A stretch of 60,655 nt of DNA, filler included, from Dugesia japonica (Eukaryota), in the NCBI GenBank assembly GCA_001938525.1. It is 6 parts of 6 records of this genome, joined end to end, with 100 filler letters (N's around TTAATTAATTAA, not from the genome) between each part and the next. Parts side by side here need not be neighbours in the genome. Positions count along the whole stretch, not along the records: positions 30,782 to 40,953 come from MQRL01423714.1; positions 41,054 to 49,474 come from MQRL01572831.1; positions 49,575 to 60,655 come from MQRL01602559.1; 3 more parts are not named here. One strand, given 5' to 3'. The stretch's first letter is position 1. Each line of letters opens with the position of its first letter. Made by a program: the position numbers and the translations under genes. Below the pieces are notes generated by a model that had not been told where the DNA came from, did not search any database, and worked only from the letters and a program-made list of their open reading frames with translations. Of the stretch, positions 38,451-50,470 are shown piece by piece.

Positions 38451-39065
38451 TCATAAATAATACAAAGCATTGATTTTTCATTTGATTTTAATACCGAGAC
38501 CCTTTTTCCGGAGTGATATTTTAGTGTCTTTCAAAATCATAGCATATGCTCTTTTGATGAGCTTTACAATCCTTTTTACTTTTTCTCTAATCTTAATCTT
38601 CCTCATTGCTGTATAAGAGCCCTCGTCGGATTTCTTAATTCTCTTTGCAAAGTTAAATACTATTGCTCTTCGATATCTGAAAAATTTTATTTTTATAATA
38701 ATCGCACTATTATTGTATCCTACGGTTTAATTAATTTGTCTATTAGGTAATTTTAGAAATGCGTAAATTTTTGAATATTTTTAAAATTTAATGTAATAAG
38801 GTTTTTATTAAATTAATATTTATTAACATAAATTTATAAATGTAAATTTATACTTTAATTGTAGACATATNNNNNNNNNNNNNNNNNNNNNNNNNNNNNN
38901 NNNNNNNNNNNNNNNNNNNNNNNNNNNTTATAAAAAATATAAATTGCAGAAAGCAATTTTCGAAGTTACGTTCAGAAAAGCAAGAAAAATTTTAAAGAAT
39001 TATTTGTGTTTTAATAAAGTATTGAATTGAAACTTTTATTTTAATTGATTTTAATGAGAAAAAAA

Positions 39066-40770
39066 GTTGTCTCTTGTTTGTCATAAATTGTAATTTTTTA
39101 TCAACAATTTTTTATAATAAAAAAATTGTTGATAAAACATTGCATAAATTGTTATAAATTTTTACAAAAATTGATAATAAAAATGGTTGATAAAAAATTA
39201 CAATTACAAAAAATTACAAATTTTTAAACATTTAATACAAATATCAAAAAATAATTGTTATAAAATGAAATTTTATTTATTCAATTATAAATTTTATCGC
39301 ATTACTTATATTGATCATATAAGTTATTAATGAATAATTTTCATCATCAACCAATCGACCTTTCAAGTTGTTAATTCTTGTATCGGCGTCTATGTATTTT
39401 CTTTTTTTCATTTTCAATGGAAATCCAGCAATTGTTCGATCTATGCTGATGTTCATTTCAAACTGGATTTTTTAATGTTATCCAAAAGATTTGGATTAGT
39501 TTTTCCTATAGGTTTATTTAGCTTGCTACGAAAACCTTCCCCAAGCCTGTGTTATCAAAATGATTTCATATCTCTTTATTGAACATCGGCCTGGAGCTAG
39601 AAGTCCAATTATTGGTAATATATTCTAAAAAATTAGATATATTATGCTCTACATCCATTGATTTTGACATAATAATAGCTCAAGCATCCAAGAGTCTATT
39701 AATCGGTAATAAGGGCAAAGATATACATAATATCACTACTAATCTGAACTCGGTAGAGCTGGCATATAATTCTATGAGACCTGTTGAGTTTAATTTCTTC
39801 CACATAGCTTGCCCAAAATGAAAATAACAGCCCTTAATGACAGTTTCAGGCCAAGCTCTTCTAATCGCATTGAATGAAGCATACTCAAAATCCATCATTA
39901 ATTTGCTAAGATTAATAATTATATTATTGTCCCTTAACTTCAACACAATTTTTGAGAATATTCGTTCATATATTCGTTCAGCTTTATCCTTCAAGAAACA
40001 GTAGAAAACAGGTAAAGACTAATCTCTTAGCACAATATGAATAACGAAAAGCTGGTAGAAACGAGAGCCGACTGCTTATAATGTTCCATCTATATGAAAC
40101 ACTGCATTTACGAGGTTTAGCTTTGAAAGAAATAAAATATCAGCAAAAATCAACTCTTTTTTATTTGATAAATAATTAATAAAAATAAAATAGTTTCCTT
40201 CTAGTGTTTTACAAAGGTTGACATCAAGCTCAAAAGCTCTCTTGTTGTTAATCACAGGATAAATTTTGTGTTTTTGCGAATAAATTGACGATTTCATACT
40301 GTTAAATTATCTCATGTTATTCAATATCGCTGCTTTATCTGCGTTTTCAATCAGCAATGCATTTATTTTTATCATTGTCGTAAATCTTTTTTGCAGAATA
40401 GAAAGGGTGAGTAGCAACCATGTCTTGTATTTCACAGTTGAAATTGCTCTCTGTCTGTTCATGTTCTTTTGCAATGTAACTGTGAACTCAATTTATGGAG
40501 ATCAAAGCATCAGAGCTTATTTTCAATTTTACATTGCATTCTGGATTAATGCATCTCCAATAAATGAGTTCTTTATAAGTTGATGCTTTCTCAAACTTAT
40601 AATGATTAAAATTTTTTAATATCAAAAATTACTTACAAAATTAAAAATTCTATTTAAAAGAATAAAGAAAATAATAACTTTTCCAAATTTCAATAAATAT
40701 TATAACAAAATAAATTTATGATAAAAAGAATTTATGACAAAAAGAATTTATGAGAAACAAGGTTGCACTG
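39066..40770 (-). mobile_element. MULE (Mutator-like) transposon relic
   Basis: HIDGT..FYQLFVIH..PVFYCFL..MMDFEYASFNAIRRAWPETVIKGCYFHFGQAMWKK; imperfect TIRs cttgtttgtcataaatt / aatttatgagaaacaag with subterminal repeats. Confidence 0.9.
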
Positions 40771-40953
40771 AAACAAACAAATAAACCTAACAATGTTTAA
40801 ACGAAAAATTTTAAACTACATATAGAGAAAACTTCAAATTAAATTGTGTCCGAATTATAGTGTCGGACCCTATATATATGTATAGATAGTTTAATTTCAA
40901 ATTCTATGTTATGCTATGGAAGTCAGCCTGCAAAGCTTTATGGCTTACCAAAA

Positions 40954-41053
40954 NNNNNNNNNNNNNNNNNNNNNNNNNNNNNNNNNNNNNNNNNNNNTTA
41001 ATTAATTAANNNNNNNNNNNNNNNNNNNNNNNNNNNNNNNNNNNNNNNNNNNN
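40954..41053. other. Artificial scaffold spacer
   Basis: N44-TTAATTAATTAA-N44. Confidence 0.95.
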
Positions 41054-41330
41054 TCTGAAGTTGGAGGAGCCAAATTCGTTAGTAAAAGCGAAGCCATCAA
41101 ATGGTTTAAAATTTTCAATCTCTGGTATTACAGATCTTAATGATGAGCCACGTTCTGGAAGACCCTCAACAGTTAATTTCACAGCAATTATGCATTCTGT
41201 TGAGGATAATCCCTGTACCAGTGTCCGAAGGCTTTCAGATGAACTTCTTACATATTTTATGGCCATACTATTTAAATAGTATGTCCAGAAAATTTTAATT
41301 ATGGTCATATTATTTGAGTTGGTCAATATT
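41054..41330 (+). mobile_element. Mariner transposase N-terminal relic
   Basis: WFKIF..TDLNDEPRSGRPS..VEDNPCTSVRRLS. Confidence 0.8.
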
Positions 41331-41384
41331 GCAAATATTTTTCTTTAGAAAATATTTAAGAACTAGCCAAATGTATTAATAATA

Positions 41385-42290
41385 AGTAGATGGGTAGTGG
41401 CTGTCAGCCTCCGCACACATTTGGTACCCCCCGCTCCATTTACGTAATCGGATTATTACACAAGTGAGGCTGTATTTTTCTAATGTAAATAGGCGGTGTC
41501 ACATATTTATGTGCATTACATAATGTAATTAATTTCGTCGCGACATTATAACGTAAGTGAGGCTACTTTTTCCTGTGATTTTAGTTTGAAAAATTATTTG
41601 AACAAAAATTATGCCATGAGATTAATTTTATCGGTGAAATTTTACGTAATAGGATTAAGAGAGGCTACATTTTCCTGTGGTTTTAGTTAAGAAAAATTTT
41701 TTTTACACTTTTCCCTGTGTACTTTGTTAGGAAAATATTTTAGGCTTTTTAAGCAGCAATATTTTTTAGGCTTTGCAGTTGGGAATTTGCTCGTGAGTTT
41801 AAATTAGGTCAATTTTTGATTGGTTGAGACGAATTTGATGGAATATTTCCTCGGGTTTGAGCAGTTTGGATAAATTTGGTTGGATTTAGGTAATTTTTGG
41901 GTGATTTGGTCGAAAATTTTTTCGGTGAGGTTGAATGAGGTCAATTTTTTATTAGTTCAGGTGAATTGGGTCAAATTTTTCCTCGGTTTTGGTTCGTTTG
42001 GGTAATTTTTGGAAGATTCGGTCCATTATTTACTCGGTTTAGGAAATATCGGTAAATAACTTCCTCGGGATTGGTCAGTTTAGGCAATTTTTGGGCGTTT
42101 TGGTCGAATATTTACTCGGTATGGGTAAACTTGTTTAATGATTTGCTCACAAGGGTATTTTATATATGAAATTTGGTCAAATTTTTACTCAGGATTGGTT
42201 AATTATTTACTCGAGAATGGTTAATTTGGTTCATTTTTGAACAATTTGGCTGGAATTTTACTCGGGATTAGTCAGTTTGGATAATTTTTA
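41385..42290 (-). mobile_element. Inverted copy B of the 9040-10846 repeat family, with AGTAG terminus
   Basis: Starts agtagatgggtagtggc. 41440-41660 is the reverse complement of ~10570-10790, followed by the same degenerate array. Confidence 0.8.
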
Positions 42291-42379
42291 AAAAAAATCT
42301 TTTGTCGAGATTTTTACATCAATCGATGGAAAATTTGATGGAGATTATTTTTCACAAATAAACATTTTTCGAAAAAATT

Positions 42380-43520
42380 ATTTCTCATCTTTACATAAAA
42401 TAATTATATTTATTAGATAGAGAATTATTTGCTGATTCCAAATATGTTAATCTAAAATCACCAAAGTTTATTCGGAATTAAATACTTCAGGGTTTTGTGG
42501 TGAAAAATCTCAAATTTTGATATTTAGTTCGCAATTTTCTCTGCGTACAGAACTCGTATGGTTTCGAATTTAGTATTATTTTACTCAGGAGGAAAAAGTG
42601 ACTATGCAAAGTTTAAATATCGTCTCGTCAAAAAGGCTTCCTAACGAAGATATTCAGCTGTCATCTCGGATTTGGTAATTTTTTCGAAAATTAAAAAAGT
42701 ATCTCAAAATTCGCCATAGAGGTATCTATTCGATAGAGAATCTTTTACTTATTATAAATATGTAAGTCTAAAATTGTTAAATCTTATACATAAAAAGTTA
42801 TATATAAAATAATATGTACTTCATTTTGGGAGTCTGGGAAGAAATTATGAGTTTTAAAAAATATAACTAAAATCTAATTATAACATAGTCTATTCAATAG
42901 AGAATTTTACGTTGATTAGGATTGGTCTAGTTAGAAATCACCAAATCTNNNNNNNNNNNNNNNNNNNNNNNNNNNNNNNNNNNNNNNNNNNNNNNNNNNN
43001 NNNNNNNNNNNNNNNNNNNNNNNNNNNNNNNCTCAAATCGTAACAAAACATACATTATTCGATAGAGAATTCTTTACTGATCAAGAAAAGCATCACCTAA
43101 AATCACCAAACTCAATTTTTACAAAGAAAATTCGAAAAACCATAGTCAAAATCCCGATTACGCTTAATCGATACAAATAAAAAGTTATTTTTTATAATTT
43201 TTATCCAAATTTAATGATCTAAGTAGTATTAGATAAAGAATTCTTTACTGATCAAGAATATATACGGTAGAAATTTATGAAATTAAATTACTTTGAAAAG
43301 GGTTAAACCTTTTATTTCCCAATAATTAATTAAAAATATAAAGTATCTCTTTAATTAAAAACCAATCTATTTGATAGAGAATTCTACACTGATTACAAAT
43401 ATATTAACCTAAAATTACCACACNNNNNNNNNNNNNNNNNNNNNNNNNNNNNNNNNNNNNNNNNNNNNNNNNNATAAAAAGTTATATTGAAAAACAAGTA
43501 CATCATTTGGAAGTCTTCAA
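42380..43520. repeat. Degenerate ~160-bp tandem array (core gatagagaattctttactgat..ctaaaatcaccaaa)
   Basis: Core at ~42416, 42732, 42897, 43061, 43232 and 43373. Confidence 0.7.
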
Positions 43521-44251
43521 TGAATATAAAAATAGAATGATAATTTAATCGATAAGGTCAATTTTGAGTGGTATTTTAGATGAAATTTTACTCTTTACTT
43601 AAACTCAGTTATCAAAGTTATGTGCACTAGTGGCTCTGTGACTGGATTTATGTTATCAGTGCTCTGCTTACTGTTCTATCAATAGTTTTCTTAAATTTAC
43701 TCATCACTAATGGTAAATTTACTGTTTAATTAGTGTTTAATTATTTATTCTCTTCTATATTTTCTATTTGTAATTTGAAAATTAAATTAGATAATGTGTA
43801 TTTTAATTCGTTTTCTATTTGTATAGTAGAAATTTAAAATTAAAAATTTACAATAGAAATTTGTTATTAAATATTAATAATTTTGAAAAGAAATTTGTAA
43901 TTATTTATTGAAAATATCTCCTATAATTGATTGAATAAATTAAGTATAATGAATATATTAATTTGAATGTGTAATTTGATTAAAACTAAACTTTTGTAAG
44001 TAAACATTTTACGAATGTATGCAAGATGAATGAATAATATGTTGCAATACATACAAAGTGTGTGTCCATTACAAATGTGAGAATAGTGCAATACTAATAT
44101 CACTTAGATGACATTCTAATATTACTCAAAGAAAGTAATACGTGGAAATTATTGATTCTGATAATAATATGTTTCATGACCCACTAATTCTTTCATATAA
44201 TTACTTGGTAAACATTGGTTTCAATTGTTAAAATTATTAGTGAAAATATCT

Positions 44252-44410
44252 AAACATACACAATACTCGTAAGAAACCGCGATATCAACACAATACTAGC
44301 TACCATCAAGTCTTAAAACATAAAGCTCGCTACCATTAGGTTTTAACACTAACAACAGTTATATTCACACAATACGCGCTACCAACAGCTCTTAACATAC
44401 ACAACTCTCA
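44252..44410. repeat. ~37-bp minisatellite (aacatacacaatactcgctatcaacagctctt); second array at 46078-46286
   Basis: Four to six degenerate units at each locus. Confidence 0.8.
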
Positions 44411-44498
44411 TTATATAATAATGTTTGCATTATAGTCTAAATTTTGATTTTACTAAAAATGCCCTTGATAATTAGGTATTTAGAAGAAAATACAAAAT

Positions 44499-44945
44499 GA
44501 AAACCAAGGAGCAAGCAAAGAGACTAATATGCAAGCAGGGCTCAGATGAGAAGCAAGTAAATAGTGAAGAATTTTATCGAATGGAATATCTATATTTCAC
44601 AAGACAAACCTATTATTTTCATGTTAAAACCTATATTGAACTCAAATTATAATTGACTTAATCCTTATCCAATATAATAAACCATGTGTTATAACTATTA
44701 TTTGAAACTTAATAAATAAATATAAAAAGAATTTCTATTTTCTATTTGGTTTTAATGCATATTTTCCGAGACCTCTCTTCAATAATCTTTAAAAAGTGCC
44801 ATATATTAATAAAGGAAGACAATAAGACTGAGTGAGACCTAGTATGATATGCATTTTATATAAAGTAATAAAACTATTTCAGTATATTTTAATCATCTCT
44901 GCTTCTATGTTTGATCCTTGGTTCTCGGCTTGCTCATTGGTTTTA
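44499..44945. mobile_element. Unclassified MITE-like element
   Basis: Inverted repeat aaaaccaaggagcaagc (44500) / gcttgctcattggtttt (44928-44944). Confidence 0.45.
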
Positions 44946-45029
44946 TGGGATTCCTTTTCCTTTTGATAGCCAATATTCAAATACAAAGTTAGAAAATAAT
45001 AGTTCAACATAAAAATTATTGATCTCGAC

Positions 45030-45840
45030 ATTAAAAATATTAGTTTCGATAGAGAAATCTATGGTTTCATAAATAAAAACAGAGTTATATCATGAAAATA
45101 TTGGTTTTAACAAAAAAATATTGGTTTTATAATGAAACTATTGGTTTTATTATTGAATGTAATACCAATAAATTAGATATATTCAATACACTACATTAGT
45201 ATTTATTAATATTTTCAATATTTCGATCATTACAGGGCAAGCAAGTAATACTTTTTCAATTATTTCTTATTCAAATTACGTTTCCCTTCATTCTCAGTAA
45301 GTTTCTTTGCTTTAAGTTAGAAAAATGAACAAGACTGGGAAGAAGCTAATGTCAATGATGACAAGAAAGAGTGAGATAGTATTATCAAATTTACATGAAG
45401 TTAAATAATTTTATCCGAAATTAACATGATTGAAAATTTACTAGAACTTTTTTCTAACCGTTGAAAAATCACACAAACTTTTAAAATATTGTTGAAAATT
45501 TGTTAGAACTTTTCTAAAACTAGTTGGAATTTAAGGAATTTTTCTAAAATCACAAAATCATATGTAAAAGAGTTGGAAAATAATTCTAAAATTTACAAGA
45601 ACTTTTTAAAATTCATTAAAATAAGAAAAGGCTTCGATCAAAATAAAATTTTAAAATTCGTTGAAAATTTACATGAACTTTTTTAAAACTAGTCAAAATT
45701 TCCACAAACTTTTCTAAAGTTGGTTAAAATTTACACGAACTTTTTAATCATCATTGCAAATTTAGAGGAACTTTTTAATCATCATTAAAAATTAACCACA
45801 AATTTTTTCTAAAGTTAGTTAAATTTTACATAAACCTTTA
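45030..45840. repeat. Minisatellites: ~22-bp aaaatattggttttat units (45030-45155) and ~32-bp gaaaatttacangaactttttctaaa units (45430-45840)
   Basis: Direct reading of the sequence. Confidence 0.7.
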
Positions 45841-47689
45841 TGTGATAATGACTCTAATACTGACAAGTGACTATACAATCTACTAATGGTTTTCTCAATC
45901 AATTGTTCTTTGATTGTACTATCAATCAAACCAAATAATTCGGTCAATCATTCACAAATTTCCCACCTTAATATAATAAAATCCTTTGAAAATTTAGGTT
46001 CATTCGAACTAATGTACATTAGTCACCTATTAATCATACTTAGAATAATATTAGTTATCATAAGATTTATGTCATAGTACACAACTCTCGCTATCACCAA
46101 GTTTTAACACACATAATATTCGCTATCAACAGCTCTTAACATATACAATACTCGCTATCGTAAAGTATTAATACATAATACTCGCTATCAATGAATATTA
46201 ACATACACAATGCTCGCTATCAACAGCTATTAACATATACAATTCTCATTATAACCAAGTGTTAACATACACAATACTCGCTATCATAATTTACTAATTC
46301 AGTAAATGGGTAAATCTCTTCATCGCTTATTTCATATAGTCGACCATAAAATACGCACTGAATATATACTTTAAAACTATTACCCGGTTAATTATTCACA
46401 TATTTTCACTTTAATATAGAAAATACCTTTGAAAATAGATTTCTAATGTATTTATTCACCTATTAATCATCAACTTGTAATATAAATTAATTCTTTCATT
46501 CATTAAAATTCTAAGTATTCATGAACTTAATATTTACCTTTAAAATTAATTAATTAATTAAATTTTCGAAGAAATTTTATTCAATCAATTAAAATTTAGA
46601 ATAAACATATACTTATTTAATTCTGATTTAATTTTGAAACTGTAAATTATAAGTATTTTCCTCTTTATAATTAATTTTAACCAATAATACAAATTGTTTT
46701 AAATTAAAGTGTTTTATGTTATAAAGTAGTATCTGTAATTTATTTACTATTTTAAATTATTGTTGTATTATAATTTATTCAATTTAATTTCAAATATATT
46801 TGTTTTAATATATTTCGATAAACACATTCATTTTTTATTTCAAATTTTTTCAAAGTAAGTAAGTGTTTTATTTTAAAATTTATATTGTTAATTTTAAATA
46901 ATTAGAAAAGTTATGAAGATGATAAAATTTACATGAAAAATATGCAAGATGAAGAATATGAACTTAATAACCATAATGATGAGGTTAGTTTATTTATTAT
47001 TCTTTTAATCAATATAATCTCATAATTTAAATAATTATTATTATCATTATTAGAATTTTATTATTTTATTTGATTTATATTGAATTCTTTGAATAATTAT
47101 CATTATTAAATTATTACTATTATTTGATTATAATTAATTGATAATTAAATTATTACCCTTATTTAATTTAAAATGCTTGATTTTTATTCTTTTAATTATA
47201 ATTAGTACTATTTTTTAACTAAATAAAATTGAAATTAATCAACATATTTTATTTTGAAAATTATTTAAATAGTTTATCATTTATAATACTAAATTTTAAC
47301 CTTGAATTTTTCAAAGGTCTCACGTTGAAGATTGTAAAAATACAAATTAGATTTTTTTAACGAAAATTTTACTTTTTTGAAATAAGATTTAATGAATTAA
47401 TATATGAATTAATTTTATAATTATAATTTTAAATAAGAATTAGACTTTTATGAATATGAATTACTTTTAGAATTATAATTTCGATATTAGATTTAGACTT
47501 TTCTTTATTATTGTTATTGCATTTTTATTATCATAATTAACCATTTATTATTATTAACCATTTATCATTATTATTTGATTATTATTGATGACTTTTTCCT
47601 TGGTAAATTTATTATAAATTTACTATTATATTTTGATTATTGTTATTTAATATTTAATTAAATTAAATACATACATTGGATTTGATAAT

Positions 47690-48030
47690 GGTGAGTTGAA
47701 ATTTCATTTCATTTTGCGGATCCGTGTCTAGCCAAGTATTGGCGATGATGACTCACTGTTTTTATTTATTAAAGATATTTGTAGCAGTATGCATTCATGA
47801 CCGGATGTGAACGGTTGGAATCACTGCTACCGGAAATGTACATAGCTTACTTGAGCTCAGCATAGTTAACATTATACAAGCTGATCGATATGTTCATAAT
47901 TGAACGGACTCGATAGGAAGCTAAGGGTCTTGAGCGTTAACAATTTGAGACTGAATGTGAACTGTCGGAATAATGGCTCGATTGTACTAACCGAATGAGT
48001 TAATGTATGGTATGGAAAGAAAACAAGCTA
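47690..48030 (+). ncRNA. Candidate structured RNA, unclassified (strand uncertain)
   Basis: GC-enriched island with serial hairpins, no ORF of 60 aa or more, box-C-like ATGATGA at 47745 and CTGA at 47881/47951. Confidence 0.35.
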
Positions 48031-48059
48031 TTATTGAAATCAAAATATCAAAATAAGTT

Positions 48060-48570
48060 GTCATTTATTATTTATTTTATTTTTCATTTTATAACTATAA
48101 AAATTCAATGGGAGCGACTAAGTTATTATTGAAATTTAAATTTTACCAATAAAATTCTTTAGTAAATATATCATTATTAAGACATTCTTTAACAAAAAGA
48201 CAGTAATTGACTGAAAATTGATCTAATATAGTAAAATCATTAAAAATTGGCTGAATATACTAAAAATAAGAAATAATTACCCTTAATAAACTATAATCCA
48301 CTTCATCAATGAAATTTTCAATTGAAATTAAAATTCTTTCTAAATTTTAAAATTTATTAATATTTTATTAATTAAGTTCAACTAATTTTTTAATGTACTC
48401 GGGATTGACTTGTATTTTTATCATATGAAATTAACTAATTTAAATAAAATAATTGACCAAGTAACCCGTAACAAGAAAATTATTGCCCCAAATAATCGAA
48501 AAAATAACCCTTGTGAATAAATAATAGACCATAATCATCCAAATAATCAGCAAATAATTAACTAATTTTG
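48060..48570 (+). mobile_element. Copy C of the 9040-10846 repeat family (internal part)
   Basis: Collinear with 9040-9545 (caatgggag(c/t)gactaa.., ttttatcatatga.attaactaatttaaataa.., ccttgtgaataaataat). Confidence 0.85.
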
Positions 48571-48583
48571 TCTTTACGTCTCA

Positions 48584-49033
48584 TGTTAATGATTCCCTGA
48601 GTTTTCAAAACCCAACTAACACTGGCTATTTAGTAAGATCAGTCATATTCAAGCAAATTGTACTTCAAAGAAACAAGTTTTATTCGTTCTTCAAGTTTAT
48701 TCAAAAAAATCGACACTAATATTGTTAATAGCTTTGTTAATAAATTTCATACACCAATTAGCTGACAATTATCTCTCGCCGATATCAAGAAATATCAAAA
48801 TAATTGCCATTCGATTAATAGTGAGATTCAGAAGATTACGAAGATAATTACTAACTTCGTCTACTATAAATACGCAGGGGATCTCATTAAAAAGAAACTG
48901 ATCAAGTCAATTCGTGATTTATCAAAATCAGTTAAACAGTATCCTGATAAAGTCAATTCATCAGTCACAATAAATTCTCCAAGAAATTCCTTCGACGATT
49001 TATTTATTCAATCTTCAGCGTAGTCATTCAACA
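48584..49033 (+). mobile_element. Possible solo LTR
   Basis: TGTT...AACA ends with internal TATAAATA (~48865) and AATAAA (~48969). No TSD found. Confidence 0.3.
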
Positions 49034-49474
49034 AGAAAAGGGTATCAGTGTCTTTATGTTATTATATATTTTTATGACGTAAAAATTAAATTATTTAAAC
49101 TATTGAAGTCTTGTTTTTATTTATTATCGATACATTTAGATACTAATAAACCATGATAATTTAATCATGATAAAATATGAGATCGTGTAAGATAAAATAT
49201 TAAAAATAAACCCCTTTAGATAAACGATCTATTGCTAATACCAACATCATGGTTATCTGTCCTGTTTAGTATTATTATTACTATTGTTGGGTTTTTAGGA
49301 TTTTTATTTTTTTCACTTTAAGTCACTCTCATTCACCTTTAATTGATTATCACCTAGTCTAGGGGCAACCTAAAAACCTCAAGCGTTTGCATCATCTCTA
49401 TGATGTGCCCCTCTCTTTCCTCGGGTTCAGCGCGACTTTGCGGTATCGCGTCTTATTAGGATTACTGAACCCTA

Positions 49475-49574
49475 NNNNNNNNNNNNNNNNNNNNNNNNNN
49501 NNNNNNNNNNNNNNNNNNTTAATTAATTAANNNNNNNNNNNNNNNNNNNNNNNNNNNNNNNNNNNNNNNNNNNN
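49475..49574. other. Artificial scaffold spacer
   Basis: N44-TTAATTAATTAA-N44. Confidence 0.95.
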
Positions 49575-50470
49575 CTTGACTCTTCCCCGGAATCATTGAA
49601 TATTTCTTCATATCTTTTCAGATCTTTTTATTTTTATATTATATGTAGCCTCTAATAATTGATTGGTTTGCTGCCGCTTCACTTCTGCTATCTGATATCA
49701 TCGTTTATATAGCATTATTTATAGCCTTTTTTCTTTTGTCCGTTGATGAATTGATCAATTCGAATAATATCGTCTGGGTATTTATATTTGACATGAATTG
49801 TTTTATAGTTTTTTAATACTTGTTACTATTTAAATAATCCATTTTCTTGATCTGTTTTACTTTTGTAATCAATAATAATACTGTCATTTTTGCTAGAACT
49901 TTCATCCTATTTGATTTCTTGATTAAACTTTGTATTCTAAAATTGTTAGATATTTTGTCTTTGTTGACAGTGTTCATTCTCTTTGAAAATCGCGATATAT
50001 GTCTAGTATTCTTACAATTATTGCATCTTTTAAGCTTTGATTAGTTTCTTGCAACATATCTTTCTTCTTTGTAATTTAAGCATTCAGATCTTTATTTTCA
50101 ATTATTTGACGTTTTTTCGTGGTTAACATATTTTTTTTCACCGGTTTTATTTTATATTTTAAACCAGAAATTTATTTCTTTAAAATTTTTATTTCATGCT
50201 ATCCTTGGGCATACATATCTTTAGAGATCTTTATTACATAATAATTTTCAGATTTTTTGTCTTCTTTTTATTTAGGTTAAACGCTTTTTTCAGTAATTTT
50301 GGCTTCATCAATTCAATCGCTTTAACGGGGTTTCGATTGTTAATCCCTTTTAAAAATATATTAATCAGGGTCCATTTTTTGTATTATGTCATCATAATCT
50401 GGGAATTGTTTTATGTCTGCGAATTGTACGCTCATTAAATATTCACAAAAAGACAGTTTCCCGTGTTTCC
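49575..50470 (-). mobile_element. LTR retrotransposon gag-protease relic (Gypsy-like)
   Basis: Knuckle remnants KCLNYKEERYVARN and RCNNCKNTRHISR; IFNDSG protease-like motif at the scaffold edge; TGG-initiated PBS-like tggaaacacggg at ~50468. Confidence 0.55.

Noticed and set aside
44252-46286. 37-bp repeats as CRISPR
   Set aside because: Head-to-tail units without spacers.
47690-47760. Hammerhead ribozyme (gtgagttGAAA...gatgatgActcac)
   Set aside because: The core is ATGATGA, not CTGATGA, and the stem II/III register is incompatible.
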